A stretch of DNA of 64,000 bases, from assembly GCF_055900595.2 (NCBI RefSeq), contig NZ_CM148325.1; one strand, 5' to 3'. This document shows, in pieces, positions 1-14,137 of this stretch. Position numbers and translations under genes: made by a program. The first letter of the stretch is position 1; every line of letters begins with the position of its first letter. A model generated the notes under the pieces. That model was not told where the DNA came from. It saw nothing but the letters and a program-made list of their open reading frames with translations, and searched no databases.

Positions 1-1014
1 GATGACGACGCGGAGATGACCCACTCGGTGGCGGTAAACGTCTACCCGGCAACATCGCGGATGCCAAAGTTAACCATTGTGGTGGTGGATACCATTCCGG
101 TGGAGCTAAAAAGTTCCTATATGGTCTGGAGCTGGTTTATCTATGTGCTTTCAGCCAATCTGCTGTTAGTGATCCCGCTGCTGTGGGTAGCCGCCTGGTG
201 GAGTTTACGTCCCATCGAGGCCCTGGCAAAAGAAGTCCGCGAACTGGAAGAGCATAACCGCGAATTGCTCAATCCTGCCACAACACGAGAACTGACCAGT
301 CTGGTACGAAACCTGAACCGACTGTTAAAAAGTGAACGCGAACGTTACGACAAATACCGCACTACGCTCACCGACCTGACCCATAGTCTGAAAACGCCAC
401 TGGCGGTGCTGCAAAGTACGCTGCGTTCTCTGCGTAGTGAGAAGATGAGCGTCAGTGATGCAGAGCCGGTGATGCTGGAGCAAATCAGCCGCATTTCACA
501 GCAAATTGGCTACTACCTGCATCGTGCCAGTATGCGCGGAGGGACATTGCTTAGCCGCGAACTGCATCCGGTCGCCCCTCTGTTGGACAATCTCACCTCG
601 GCGCTGAACAAAGTGTATCAACGCAAAGGGGTCAATATCTCTCTCGATATTTCACCAGAGATCAGCTTTGTTGGTGAGCAGAACGATTTTGTCGAGGTGA
701 TGGGCAACGTGCTGGATAACGCCTGTAAATATTGCCTCGAGTTTGTCGAAATTTCTGCAAGGCAAACCGACGAGCATCTCTATATTGTGGTCGAGGATGA
801 TGGCCCCGGTATTCCATTAAGCAAGCGAGAGGTCATTTTCGACCGTGGTCAACGGGTTGATACTTTACGCCCTGGGCAAGGTGTAGGGCTGGCGGTAGCC
901 CGCGAAATCACCGAGCAGTATGAGGGTAAAATCGTCGCCGGAGAGAGCATGCTGGGCGGTGCGCGGATGGAGGTGATTTTTGGTCGCCAGCATTCTGCGC
1001 CGAAAGATGAATAA
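1..1014 (+). CDS. phoQ: Sensor histidine kinase PhoQ, C-terminal ~338 aa; 5' end lies outside the window
   Basis: Frame-1 translation from base 1 contains the membrane-proximal region, HAMP, phospho-acceptor and HATPase domains (...[17 protein letters not shown]...DDGPGIP...[12 protein letters not shown]...) and ends at stop 1012-1014; recognised as PhoQ from memory. Confidence 0.95.
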   Translation, partial: DDDAEMTHSVAVNVYPATSRMPKLTIVVVDTIPVELKSSYMVWSWFIYVLSANLLLVIPLLWVAAWWSLRPIEALAKEVRELEEHNRELLNPATTRELTSLVRNLNRLLKSERERYDKYRTTLTDLTHSLKTPLAVLQSTLRSLRSEKMSVSDAEPVMLEQISRISQQIGYYLHRASMRGGTLLSRELHPVAPLLDNLTSALNKVYQRKGVNISLDISPEISFVGEQNDFVEVMGNVLDNACKYCLEFVEISARQTDEHLYIVVEDDGPGIPLSKREVIFDRGQRVDTLRPGQGVGLAVAREITEQYEGKIVAGESMLGGARMEVIFGRQHSAPKDE

Positions 1015-1089
1015 ATATGTCCATACTTCACGCATTACGTTAAGCATCCGTTATAATCGGTTGCAGATACCAGCCTGTGGATGCTTAAC

Positions 1090-2211
1090 ATGGAATACCA
1101 ACTCACTCTTAACTGGCCCGATTTTCTTGAACGTCACTGGCAGAAACGCCCGGTGGTGTTAAAACGCGGCTTTAATAATTTTATTGACCCGATCTCTCCA
1201 GACGAGTTGGCGGGTCTGGCGATGGAAAGCGAAGTCGACAGTCGACTGGTCAGTCACCAGGATGGCAAATGGCAGGTCAGCCACGGCCCGTTCGAAAGCT
1301 ACGATCATCTCGGTGAAACCAACTGGTCGTTACTGGTACAGGCAGTGAACCACTGGCATGAGCCGACCGCCGCACTGATGCGGCCGTTCCGTGAACTACC
1401 AGACTGGCGTATTGATGACCTGATGATCTCTTTTTCCGTACCTGGCGGCGGCGTCGGCCCACATCTCGATCAGTACGACGTGTTTATCATTCAGGGTACC
1501 GGACGTCGTCGCTGGCGAGTGGGCGAAAAGCTGCAAATGAAACAGCACTGCCCGCACCCGGATCTGTTACAGGTCGATCCGTTCGAAGCCATCATCGATG
1601 AAGAGCTGGAGCCTGGCGATATCCTTTATATTCCGCCAGGATTCCCGCATGAAGGCTACGCACTGGAAAATGCGATGAACTATTCCGTGGGTTTTCGCGC
1701 GCCAAATACGCGGGAACTGATTAGCGGATTTGCCGATTATGTGCTGCAACGTGAACTGGGCGGCAACTACTACAGCGATCCTGATGTTCCACCTCGCGCT
1801 CATCCTGCGGACGTTCTGCCGCAAGAGATGGATAAACTGCGTGAGATGATGCTCGAATTGATCAACCAGCCGGAACACTTTAAGCAATGGTTTGGCGAGT
1901 TTATATCCCAGTCACGTCATGAACTGGATATCGCGCCGCCAGAGCCGCCTTATCAGCCGGATGAAATCTACGATGCGCTGAAACAAGGTGATGTGCTGGT
2001 ACGCCTGGGGGGGCTGCGCGTATTGCGCATTGGCGACGACGTGTATGCCAATGGTGAGAAGATCGATTCCCCGCACCGTCCGGCACTGGATGCGCTCGCC
2101 AGCAACATTGCGCTGACCGCGGAGAATTTTGGTGATGCACTGGAAGATCCGTCATTTCTCGCGATGCTCGCAGCGCTGGTCAATAGCGGGTATTGGTTCT
2201 TCGAAGGGTAA
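1090..2211 (+). CDS. roxA: Ribosomal protein L16 arginine hydroxylase (JmjC/cupin 2-oxoglutarate oxygenase), YcfD/RoxA
   Basis: ORF 1081..2211; ATG at 1090 gives MEYQLTLNWPDF... (373 aa) as I recall for YcfD; position immediately downstream of phoQ. Confidence 0.9.
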   Translation: MEYQLTLNWPDFLERHWQKRPVVLKRGFNNFIDPISPDELAGLAMESEVDSRLVSHQDGKWQVSHGPFESYDHLGETNWSLLVQAVNHWHEPTAALMRPFRELPDWRIDDLMISFSVPGGGVGPHLDQYDVFIIQGTGRRRWRVGEKLQMKQHCPHPDLLQVDPFEAIIDEELEPGDILYIPPGFPHEGYALENAMNYSVGFRAPNTRELISGFADYVLQRELGGNYYSDPDVPPRAHPADVLPQEMDKLREMMLELINQPEHFKQWFGEFISQSRHELDIAPPEPPYQPDEIYDALKQGDVLVRLGGLRVLRIGDDVYANGEKIDSPHRPALDALASNIALTAENFGDALEDPSFLAMLAALVNSGYWFFEG

Positions 2212-2227
2212 GTTTGAAGTTAAGCTG

Positions 2228-2256
2228 GATGCGGCATCACATGCCGCATCCCTTTT
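2228..2256 (+). terminator. Hairpin (gatgcggcatcacatgccgcatc) followed by cttttc, between convergent roxA and pepT
   Basis: Inverted repeat plus T-rich tail read directly; sits between two convergent stops. Confidence 0.5.
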
Positions 2257-2258
2257 CG

Positions 2259-3485
2259 CTACTTCCGTTGCGCCGTTAACTCGGCAATACGGACGATCAC
2301 CTGCACCGCTTTTTCCATACCTTCCAGAGTCACAAATTCATGCTTACCATGGTAGTTGTAACCGCCAGTGAACAGGTTCGGGCACGGTAATCCCATAAAC
2401 GACAACTGCGCGCCGTCGGTACCGCCGCGGATCGGTTTCAGTTCCGGCTCAATATCGCAGTCACGCATCGCCTGCTGGGCGATATCGAGAATATGCGGAT
2501 GCTCAACCACTTTCTCGCGCATATTGTAGTAACTGTCTTCAATCACCAGTTCAATGTAGCAATCAGGATGTAACCCTTTGCCCACTTTTTTGGCGATCTC
2601 CATCATTTTACGTTTACGCGCTTCAAACTGTTTACGGTCGAAATCACGGATGATGTAGTGCATATCGGCCCGTTCAACGGTGCCTTTCATGCTCGCCAGG
2701 TGATAGAAACCTTCATAGCCTTCTGTCATTTCCGGGCTTTCATCCGCCGGAACTTCCGCATGAATACGTGCCGCCAGCGACAGCGCATTTACCATCACTC
2801 CTTTCGCCGTGCCCGGGTGAACATTGTTACCGACAATTTTGATATTGACCGACGCGGCGTTGAAGTTTTCAAACTCCAGTTCGCCGACGCCACCACCATC
2901 AACGGTGTAAGCCCAGCGGGCATCGAAGGCGTCAACATCAAAATGTTTCGCCCCTTTGCCCACTTCTTCATCCGGGGTAAAGGCGACGCGAATATCACCA
3001 TGCGGAATGTTTTTTTGTTGTAATACCGCCAGCGCGGTCATGATTTCTGCAACACCTGCTTTATCATCGGCACCTAACAAGGTTTTACCATCGGTGGTAA
3101 TCAGCGTCTGACCCAGTAGCTGATGCAGCACCGGGAACATAACCGGTGATAAAACTTCATCGCCGATACCCAGCGCAATATCGCCACCACGATAGTTTTC
3201 AACAATTTGCGGATTCACATTTTTGCCGCTGCAATCCGGTGAGGTATCCACATGAGAAATAAAGCCAATCGCCGGGATATCGCCAGGGACGTTAGCCGGT
3301 AACGTCGCCATCAAAGTGCCCTTCTCACTTAAGGTCACATTGATAAGCCCCATCTCTTCGAGCTGCTCTTTCAGCAGATGCAATAACTTCCATTGGCCTT
3401 CCGTGCTGGGAACCTGTCTCACCCCTGCCTTTGATTGGGTATCCAGAGACACGTAGTTCAAAAATCGCTCAAGTAGTTTATCCAT
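2259..3485 (-). CDS. pepT: Peptidase T (tripeptide aminopeptidase)
   Basis: ORF 2259..3527; internal ATG at 3485 preceded by gagggtgac RBS gives [18 protein letters not shown]... 408 aa. Confidence 0.95.
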   Translation of the reverse strand: MDKLLERFLNYVSLDTQSKAGVRQVPSTEGQWKLLHLLKEQLEEMGLINVTLSEKGTLMATLPANVPGDIPAIGFISHVDTSPDCSGKNVNPQIVENYRGGDIALGIGDEVLSPVMFPVLHQLLGQTLITTDGKTLLGADDKAGVAEIMTALAVLQQKNIPHGDIRVAFTPDEEVGKGAKHFDVDAFDARWAYTVDGGGVGELEFENFNAASVNIKIVGNNVHPGTAKGVMVNALSLAARIHAEVPADESPEMTEGYEGFYHLASMKGTVERADMHYIIRDFDRKQFEARKRKMMEIAKKVGKGLHPDCYIELVIEDSYYNMREKVVEHPHILDIAQQAMRDCDIEPELKPIRGGTDGAQLSFMGLPCPNLFTGGYNYHGKHEFVTLEGMEKAVQVIVRIAELTAQRK

Positions 3486-3734
3486 GTAGTCACCCTCACT
3501 TTTTGTGACAACATTATTAAGAAGCAAGAAAAGACAAATATTGCGTCAGGTCACTTTTAGCCCTGCAAGCGGGAATATTTATCAGCATTACCTTAATGAA
3601 TATAAAGCTAAGCCAGTAATTCACAACAAAGATTGGCGATTCAAGCGGTTTGCCGTAGAATTACCGCCCTCATTAAGAGTCACCAAGGTGGTTAACCACA
3701 AACCCCGCATCGGTAAGCCATCCGTTGCGTTTAC

Positions 3735-4871
3735 ATGGGACAGAGTAAAAAATTGAATAAACAACCGAGTTCGCTTTCACCGCTGGTGCAATTGGCGGGA
3801 ATTCGCAAATGCTTTGATGGTAAAGAGGTCATTCCCCAGCTGGATCTGACTATCAACAATGGCGAGTTCCTCACGCTGCTTGGCCCTTCTGGCTGCGGTA
3901 AAACAACCGTTCTTCGCCTGATTGCAGGTCTGGAAACTGTTGATTCCGGACGCATCATGCTGGATAACGAGGACATCACCCTCGTTCCGGCGGAAAACCG
4001 CTATGTGAACACTGTTTTCCAAAGCTACGCACTTTTCCCCCACATGACCGTGTTCGAAAATGTGGCCTTTGGGTTGCGCATGCAAAAAACCCCCGCTGCT
4101 GAAATTACGCCCCGCGTGATGGAAGCCCTGCGGATGGTGCAGCTGGAAACCTTCGCTCAACGTAAACCGCATCAGCTTTCTGGTGGTCAACAGCAACGCG
4201 TCGCCATTGCTCGCGCGGTGGTTAACAAGCCTCGTCTGTTGTTGCTGGATGAGTCGCTCTCAGCGCTGGATTACAAACTGCGCAAGCAAATGCAGAACGA
4301 GCTGAAAGCGTTACAGCGTAAGCTTGGCATTACATTCGTGTTCGTAACTCACGACCAGGAAGAAGCACTCACCATGTCGGACAGGATTGTGGTGATGCGC
4401 GATGGTCGCATTGAGCAAGACGGCACGCCGCGTGAAATCTACGAAGAGCCGAAAAACCTGTTTGTTGCTGGGTTTATCGGTGAAATCAATATGTTTAATG
4501 CCACGGTCATCGAACGTCTCGACGAGCAGCGCGTACGCGCCAACGTTGAAGGCCGCGAGTGTAATATCTACGTTAACTTCGGCGTTGAACCGGGGCAAAA
4601 ACTGCATGTTCTGCTGCGCCCGGAAGACTTACGTGTTGAAGAGATTAACGACGACAACCACGCCGAAGGGCTGATTGGTTACGTTCGCGAGCGTAATTAC
4701 AAAGGCATGACGCTGGAGTCGGTTGTTGAGCTGGAAAATGGCAAGATGGTGATGGTCAGCGAATTCTTCAATGAAGACGATCCTGACTTTGACCACTCTC
4801 TCGACCAAAAAATGGCCATTAATTGGGTAGAAAGCTGGGAGGTCGTACTGGCTGATGAAGAACACAAGTAA
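3735..4871 (+). CDS. potA: Spermidine/putrescine ABC transporter ATP-binding protein
   Basis: 378 aa; Walker [13 protein letters not shown] signature LSGGQQQRV, Walker B LLLDE. Confidence 0.97.
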   Translation: MGQSKKLNKQPSSLSPLVQLAGIRKCFDGKEVIPQLDLTINNGEFLTLLGPSGCGKTTVLRLIAGLETVDSGRIMLDNEDITLVPAENRYVNTVFQSYALFPHMTVFENVAFGLRMQKTPAAEITPRVMEALRMVQLETFAQRKPHQLSGGQQQRVAIARAVVNKPRLLLLDESLSALDYKLRKQMQNELKALQRKLGITFVFVTHDQEEALTMSDRIVVMRDGRIEQDGTPREIYEEPKNLFVAGFIGEINMFNATVIERLDEQRVRANVEGRECNIYVNFGVEPGQKLHVLLRPEDLRVEEINDDNHAEGLIGYVRERNYKGMTLESVVELENGKMVMVSEFFNEDDPDFDHSLDQKMAINWVESWEVVLADEEHK

Positions 4872-5712
4872 GTTCCAGAATGTAGTGATTGTCACTATCG
4901 TCGGTTGGCTTGTGTTGTTTGTCTTTCTGCCCAACCTGATGATCATTGGCACCAGCTTTTTGACCCGCGACGACGCCAGTTTCGTCAAAATGGTCTTTAC
5001 GCTGGATAACTACACGCGTCTGCTCGATCCGCTCTATTTTGAAGTGCTATTGCACTCGCTGAATATGGCGCTGATCGCCACCCTCGCCTGCCTGGTGCTG
5101 GGCTATCCCTTTGCCTGGTTTCTGGCGAAGCTGCCACACAAGGTGCGTCCGCTGCTGCTGTTTCTGCTGATTGTTCCGTTCTGGACCAACTCATTGATTC
5201 GTATCTACGGGCTGAAAATTTTCCTCAGCACCAAAGGCTATCTCAACGAGTTTTTGCTCTGGCTGGGCGTTATCGATACACCAATTCGCATTATGTTCAC
5301 ACCCAGTGCGGTGATTATCGGTCTGGTTTACATTCTGCTGCCGTTTATGGTGATGCCGCTGTACTCCAGTATCGAAAAACTGGATAAGCCGTTGCTGGAG
5401 GCGGCGCGCGATCTCGGTGCCAGCAAGTTGCAGACCTTTATCCGTATCATTATCCCACTGACGATGCCGGGGATTATTGCCGGATGTCTGCTGGTGATGC
5501 TGCCAGCGATGGGCCTGTTCTATGTGTCTGACCTGATGGGCGGTGCGAAAAACCTGCTGATTGGTAACGTCATCAAGGTCCAGTTCCTCAATATTCGTGA
5601 CTGGCCGTTTGGTGCTGCCACCAGCATTACGCTGACTATCGTAATGGGCCTGATGTTGCTGGTTTACTGGCGCGCTTCTCGTCTGCTGAATAAGAAGGTG
5701 GAACTCGAATGA
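4855..5712 (+). CDS. potB: Spermidine/putrescine ABC transporter permease
   Basis: Polytopic membrane ORF; ATG at 4855 overlaps potA by 17 nt; an in-frame GTG at 4885 would give the 275-aa form I recall for K-12, start not resolved. Confidence 0.92.
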   Translation: MKNTSKFQNVVIVTIVGWLVLFVFLPNLMIIGTSFLTRDDASFVKMVFTLDNYTRLLDPLYFEVLLHSLNMALIATLACLVLGYPFAWFLAKLPHKVRPLLLFLLIVPFWTNSLIRIYGLKIFLSTKGYLNEFLLWLGVIDTPIRIMFTPSAVIIGLVYILLPFMVMPLYSSIEKLDKPLLEAARDLGASKLQTFIRIIIPLTMPGIIAGCLLVMLPAMGLFYVSDLMGGAKNLLIGNVIKVQFLNIRDWPFGAATSITLTIVMGLMLLVYWRASRLLNKKVELE

Positions 5713-6503
5713 TCGGTCGACTGCTTCGCGGCGGTTTTATGACCGCTATCTACGCGTACCTGTATATCCCAATCATTATTTTGATTGTGAACTCCTTTAA
5801 CAGCTCGCGCTTTGGCATCAACTGGCAGGGTTTTACCACCAAATGGTATAGCCTGCTGATGAACAACGACAGCCTGTTACAGGCAGCTCAGCATTCTCTG
5901 ACGATGGCGGTGTTTTCGGCGACGTTTGCTACGCTTATCGGTTCACTGACGGCAGTTGCGCTGTACCGTTATCGCTTTCGTGGTAAGCCGTTCGTTAGCG
6001 GAATGCTGTTTGTGGTGATGATGTCACCAGATATCGTAATGGCGATTTCGCTGCTGGTGCTGTTTATGCTGCTGGGTATTCAGCTTGGCTTCTGGTCGCT
6101 GCTGTTCTCGCATATCACCTTCTGCCTGCCGTTTGTGGTGGTGACGGTGTATTCGCGCCTGAAAGGTTTTGATGTGCGAATGCTGGAAGCGGCGAAAGAT
6201 CTCGGTGCCAGCGAATTTACCATTCTGCGAAAAATCATTCTGCCACTGGCAATGCCTGCGGTGGCGGCGGGCTGGGTGTTAAGCTTTACCCTGTCGATGG
6301 ACGATGTAGTAGTTTCTTCGTTCGTCACCGGACCAAGCTATGAAATTCTGCCGTTAAAAATTTATTCGATGGTCAAAGTCGGCGTATCGCCGGAAGTTAA
6401 CGCGCTGGCAACCATATTACTGGTGCTGTCGCTGGTGATGGTAATTGCCAGCCAGCTTATTGCTCGTGATAAAACGAAAGGTAACACAGGGGACGTTAAA
6501 TGA
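5709..6503 (+). CDS. potC: Spermidine/putrescine ABC transporter permease
   Basis: 264 aa membrane protein; 4-nt overlap with potB stop (translational coupling). Confidence 0.95.
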   Translation: MIGRLLRGGFMTAIYAYLYIPIIILIVNSFNSSRFGINWQGFTTKWYSLLMNNDSLLQAAQHSLTMAVFSATFATLIGSLTAVALYRYRFRGKPFVSGMLFVVMMSPDIVMAISLLVLFMLLGIQLGFWSLLFSHITFCLPFVVVTVYSRLKGFDVRMLEAAKDLGASEFTILRKIILPLAMPAVAAGWVLSFTLSMDDVVVSSFVTGPSYEILPLKIYSMVKVGVSPEVNALATILLVLSLVMVIASQLIARDKTKGNTGDVK

Positions 6504-7546
6504 AAAAATGGTCACGCCACCTGCTCGCGGCGGGTGCTCTGGCACTGGGCATGAGCGCCGCTCACGCCGATGACAACAACACGCTGTATTTCTACAACTG
6601 GACCGAGTACGTGCCGCCAGGACTGCTTGAACAGTTCACCAAAGAAACCGGTATTAAGGTTATCTATTCGACTTACGAGTCGAACGAAACCATGTACGCG
6701 AAGCTGAAAACGTACAAAGACGGTGCCTATGACCTGGTGGTTCCTTCAACCTATTACGTCGATAAAATGCGTAAAGAAGGGATGATCCAGAAGATCGATA
6801 AGTCGAAGTTAAGCAATTTCAGCAACCTCGATCCAGACATGCTCAACAAGCCGTTTGACCCGAATAACGACTATTCCATTCCGTATATCTGGGGTGCGAC
6901 GGCGATTGGCGTTAACGGTGATGCGGTGGATCCGAAATCTGTCACCAGCTGGGCCGATCTGTGGAAACCTGAGTACAAAGGCAGCCTGCTGCTGACCGAC
7001 GATGCCCGTGAAGTGTTCCAGATGGCGCTGCGCAAACTGGGCTACTCCGGTAACACCACCGATCCGAAAGAGATTGAAGCTGCGTATAACGAGCTGAAAA
7101 AACTGATGCCAAACGTAGCGGCGTTTAACTCCGATAACCCAGCTAACCCGTACATGGAAGGCGAAGTTAACCTCGGCATGATCTGGAACGGTTCCGCTTT
7201 CGTTGCACGCCAGGCGGGTACGCCAATTGACGTGGTATGGCCGAAAGAAGGCGGCATTTTCTGGATGGACAGCCTGGCGATCCCGGCAAATGCCAAAAAC
7301 AAAGAGGGCGCGCTGAAATTGATCAACTTCCTGCTGCGCCCGGATGTGGCAAAACAGGTTGCTGAAACTATCGGTTATCCAACGCCAAACCTCGCCGCGC
7401 GTAAGCTGTTAAGCCCGGAAATAGCGGACGACAAGACGCTCTACCCGGATGCTGAAACCATTAAAAATGGCGAATGGCAGAATGACGTTGGCGCAGCCAG
7501 CAGCATTTATGAAGAGTATTATCAGAAGCTGAAAGCAGGACGTTAA
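6500..7546 (+). CDS. potD: Spermidine/putrescine periplasmic binding protein
   Basis: 348 aa with N-terminal signal peptide (MKKWSRHLLAAGALALGMSAAHA); 4-nt overlap with potC. Confidence 0.96.
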   Translation: MKKWSRHLLAAGALALGMSAAHADDNNTLYFYNWTEYVPPGLLEQFTKETGIKVIYSTYESNETMYAKLKTYKDGAYDLVVPSTYYVDKMRKEGMIQKIDKSKLSNFSNLDPDMLNKPFDPNNDYSIPYIWGATAIGVNGDAVDPKSVTSWADLWKPEYKGSLLLTDDAREVFQMALRKLGYSGNTTDPKEIEAAYNELKKLMPNVAAFNSDNPANPYMEGEVNLGMIWNGSAFVARQAGTPIDVVWPKEGGIFWMDSLAIPANAKNKEGALKLINFLLRPDVAKQVAETIGYPTPNLAARKLLSPEIADDKTLYPDAETIKNGEWQNDVGAASSIYEEYYQKLKAGR

Positions 7547-7554
7547 TTCAGCAA

Positions 7555-7584
7555 GCGGGCGGTGGTATTACCGCCCGTTTTTTC
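7555..7584 (+). terminator. Rho-independent terminator of potABCD
   Basis: gcgggcgg-tggtatta-ccgcccg stem-loop followed by tttttt, 10 nt after the potD stop. Confidence 0.75.
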
Positions 7585-7650
7585 ATTTAGCAAGGATGTG
7601 GCTAATGTTGCTGTTATGGACGAGTAAACGCTAAAAGAGGCAGTAAATAT

Positions 7651-7747
7651 GCCAGATGCGGCGTCAACGCCTTCTCTGGTCTACGACACCCGCAAATTCA
7701 ATTCATTGCGCCCCATCGCAGGCCTGATAAGCGTAGCGCATCAGGCA
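7651..7747. repeat. REP/BIME-like palindromic units in the potD-cobB intergenic region
   Basis: gccagatgcggcgtcaacgcc... and gcaggcctgataagcgtagcgcatcaggc resemble enterobacterial REP sequences. Confidence 0.6.
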
Positions 7748-7759
7748 ATGCTTCCTGCT

Positions 7760-8581
7760 TTATAAGCCCTTCAGCAACTTTTCAACAAACTCTGGCACCA
7801 CCTGGCTTGCCGGGCCGTAATATTTCTCGGCAAATTCATTACCGACCTGACTCGGTTCAAGATTGAGTTCCACAGTGTGCGCACCATGCAGTTTCGCTTC
7901 GTGAACAAATCCAGCCGCCGGATAAACATGCCCGGAAGTACCAATGGCAATGAAAATATCGGCCATCGACAACGCCATATAAATTTCATCCATGCCGAGT
8001 GGCATTTCGCCAAACCACACTACGTGCGGGCGCAAGGGTGCCGGGAACTGGCAACAATGGCATTTATCTTCTGGCGTAACGTCTCCGGTCCAGTCGAGAA
8101 CCTGACCACTTTGCGAACAGCGAACTTTCAGCAGTTCCCCATGCATATGAATAACATTGGTATTACCTGCGCGTTCATGCAGGTTGTCGATATTCTGCGT
8201 CACCAGCAAAAAGCGATCGCCGAGAGCGTCTTGCAGTTTAGCTAGCGCAAGATGCGCGGCGTTAGGCTGAATTTCTGGCTGCTGTAGCTGTCGACGACGG
8301 GCGTTATAAAACGCTTGCACCAGTTCAGGATCGCGATCGAAACCTTCCGGCGTTGCCACATCTTCAACCCGATGTTCTTCCCACAGGCCATCTGCGGCGC
8401 GAAAGGTACGAATACCTGATTCCGCAGAAATCCCTGCCCCTGTCAGTACGAGTACTCTTGGTTTTTCCATTGCTTCCGGCACCACTTTATCTCTGAAAAA
8501 AATACGCTGACGCAAACGCTCGCGCAGGCGGCGTTTATTTTTACGAAAACGACTTAACCGATGACCCCGACGCGACAGCAT
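7760..8581 (-). CDS. cobB: NAD-dependent protein deacylase (sirtuin) CobB
   Basis: 273-aa [22 protein letters not shown]...[14 protein letters not shown]...; sirtuin Zn-binding Cys pairs present. Confidence 0.95.
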   Translation of the reverse strand: MLSRRGHRLSRFRKNKRRLRERLRQRIFFRDKVVPEAMEKPRVLVLTGAGISAESGIRTFRAADGLWEEHRVEDVATPEGFDRDPELVQAFYNARRRQLQQPEIQPNAAHLALAKLQDALGDRFLLVTQNIDNLHERAGNTNVIHMHGELLKVRCSQSGQVLDWTGDVTPEDKCHCCQFPAPLRPHVVWFGEMPLGMDEIYMALSMADIFIAIGTSGHVYPAAGFVHEAKLHGAHTVELNLEPSQVGNEFAEKYYGPASQVVPEFVEKLLKGL

Positions 8582-8596
8582 AGCAACCTCTGTTGT

Positions 8597-9508
8597 TTAA
8601 TCGGTTAGATGTAGGAAAGCCGCACCACGCATTCCTCCCGCATCACCGTGGCGCGCGCGTTCAATGCGCGGAACACGAGCTACAGGTAAGAGATGACGAG
8701 GCAGCCTGTCCGCCAGTTGCGTTGTGATTGCCGGGAAATTCGATAAGCCACCACCAATGACGACCAGGTCAGGGTCAACAATGGTCAGGATATTTCCCAT
8801 ACAAACCGCTAACAAATCCAGATAACGCTCAACGTGCGCCCTTGCCTGCTCATCGCCTTGATCATAAAGCGCAATAATTTCGGGAGCCTGCAACGGTTGA
8901 TGATAATAGTGTTGATACAGCCACGCAAAACCGCGACCAGACAGATAATTTTCAATGCAGCCATGCTGACCACAGCCGCAGCGGCGTAACGGGAAATCCA
9001 ACCCCATCATGGTTAACGCATCAACCGGCAGACGCATATGGCCAAACTCGCCGGTAATATAGCTTTTACCGGTAATTGGTTTACCGTTGAAAATCAGCCC
9101 GCCGCCAACGCCGGTGCCGAGAATCAACCCCATCACCAGTGGATATTGAGTAAATTCATCATCCCAGGCTTCTGAAAGGGCAAAACAGTTGGCATCGTTA
9201 TCAAGGCGGACATCGCGATCAAGACGTACGCTCAGGTCGGCACGCAGCGGTTTACCGCTGGCAGCGGGGACATTGGCAGCATACAGCGTACCATCTTCTG
9301 TTTCCGGCATTCCCGGAATACCGATGCCTACAGAACCTTTACAGCCAAAACGCTTATCGGCTTCAGCCACCAGCTCGCACACTGCATCTAAAAATGCGTC
9401 ATAGCTGTCACGCGGTGTCGGCACCCGCTTTTCCCACTGCAACTGCCGACCGCTATCAAACACGCCAAGCGCAATTTTTGTTCCACCAATATCAAACCCG
9501 TAATACAT
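8597..9508 (-). CDS. nagK: N-acetyl-D-glucosamine kinase (ROK family)
   Basis: ORF 8597..9568; ATG at 9508 with aggag RBS gives [18 protein letters not shown]... 303 aa. Confidence 0.95.
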   Translation of the reverse strand: MYYGFDIGGTKIALGVFDSGRQLQWEKRVPTPRDSYDAFLDAVCELVAEADKRFGCKGSVGIGIPGMPETEDGTLYAANVPAASGKPLRADLSVRLDRDVRLDNDANCFALSEAWDDEFTQYPLVMGLILGTGVGGGLIFNGKPITGKSYITGEFGHMRLPVDALTMMGLDFPLRRCGCGQHGCIENYLSGRGFAWLYQHYYHQPLQAPEIIALYDQGDEQARAHVERYLDLLAVCMGNILTIVDPDLVVIGGGLSNFPAITTQLADRLPRHLLPVARVPRIERARHGDAGGMRGAAFLHLTD

Positions 9509-9536
9509 TGCCGCTCCTTGTTTTAATGTACTGCCT

Positions 9537-12794
<3,258 letters not shown>

Positions 12795-12936
12795 CTAAAT
12801 TGCCATGTTTTATCATCAATCTTGCCGCCTGATCTTAATCTGAAAAATCATCCAATACAGACAGATACCCATTACACCTCGGGTCATAACCCGCAGGATC
12901 AACCGCATGTAAATTAAAAAAGAGCGTGTTGTCCTG

Positions 12937-14010
12937 ATGAAACAAAAAGAGCTATGGATTAACCAGATCAAAGGGTTATGTATTTGTCTTGTAGTGATTT
13001 ATCACTCGGTCATTACCTTTTATCCGCATCTGACCACTTTTCAGCATCCGTTATCGGAAGTCCTGAGCAAATGCTGGATCTATTTCAATCTTTACCTTGC
13101 CCCCTTTCGTATGCCGGTTTTTTTCTTTATTTCTGGCTATTTGATTCGCCGCTATATCGACAGCGTACCGTGGGGAAATTGTCTCAATAAACGCATCTGG
13201 AACATCTTCTGGGTGCTGGCGCTGTGGGGCGTGGTGCAGTGGCTGGCGTTAAGTGCGCTGAATCAGTGGCTGGCACCTGAGCGCGATTTAAGCAATGCCT
13301 CCAATGCCGCTTATGCCGATTCCACCGGTGAGTTCCTGCACGGGATGATCACCGCCAGCACCAGCTTGTGGTATCTGTATGCTTTAATTGTCTATTTCGT
13401 GATATGTAAACTTTTTAGCCGTCTGGCGCTGCCACTATTCGCCTTGTTTGTGCTGCTGAGTGTCTCTGTTAATTTCGTTCCCACGCCGTGGTGGGGAATG
13501 AACAGCGTGATCCGCAATTTGCCTTATTACAGTCTTGGCGCATGGTTTGGCGCAACATTAATAACCTGTGTTAAAGCGGTGCCGTTGCGCCGCCATCTGC
13601 TGATGGCTTCTTTGTTGGCCGTTCTGGCGGTCGGTGCCTGGTTGTTTAATATCTCGCTGCTGTTGTCGCTGGTATCGATTGTGGTGATCATGAAGCTGTT
13701 TTATCAGTACGAGCAACGCTTCGGTATGCGCTCCTCCAGCCTGCTGAATGTGATTGGCTCCAACACCATTGCTATCTATACCACCCATCGCATACTGGTA
13801 GAAATATTCAGCTTAAGCCTGATTCCGCAAATGAACGCGGCACGCTGGTCGCCGCAAGTCGAACTGACGCTCCTGCTGGTTTACCCCTTTGTCAGTTTGT
13901 TGATTTGTACTGTTGCGGGCTTGCTGGTAAGAAAACTTTCACAGCGCGCATTCAGCGATCTGTTGTTCTCCCCGCCTTCTCTGCCCGCTGCCGTCAGTTA
14001 CTCCCGCTAA
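12937..14010 (+). CDS. ycfT: Inner-membrane acyltransferase-family protein YcfT
   Basis: 357-aa polytopic membrane ORF at the position of ycfT between lolC and mfd. Confidence 0.88.
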   Translation: MKQKELWINQIKGLCICLVVIYHSVITFYPHLTTFQHPLSEVLSKCWIYFNLYLAPFRMPVFFFISGYLIRRYIDSVPWGNCLNKRIWNIFWVLALWGVVQWLALSALNQWLAPERDLSNASNAAYADSTGEFLHGMITASTSLWYLYALIVYFVICKLFSRLALPLFALFVLLSVSVNFVPTPWWGMNSVIRNLPYYSLGAWFGATLITCVKAVPLRRHLLMASLLAVLAVGAWLFNISLLLSLVSIVVIMKLFYQYEQRFGMRSSSLLNVIGSNTIAIYTTHRILVEIFSLSLIPQMNAARWSPQVELTLLLVYPFVSLLICTVAGLLVRKLSQRAFSDLLFSPPSLPAAVSYSR

Positions 14011-14137
14011 GCCATCGCCCCAGCCGGGGCGATTCAATTTGCTAAACCATGTCGATTACGGATAATGAACAGCATTGCTTATCAGAGATATGCCCCCATA
14101 TGTTGAGGCATATCCTAACGAGAATCTGACAACCGTT

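Noticed and set aside
7651-7747. Repeated palindromes here and at 20630-20720, 22298-22435, 43545-43625 and 54853-54888, considered as a possible CRISPR array or other structured repeat
   Set aside because: They are single or paired imperfect palindromes of the REP/BIME type scattered in different intergenic regions, not a tandem array of identical repeats with unique spacers; no cas genes are present.
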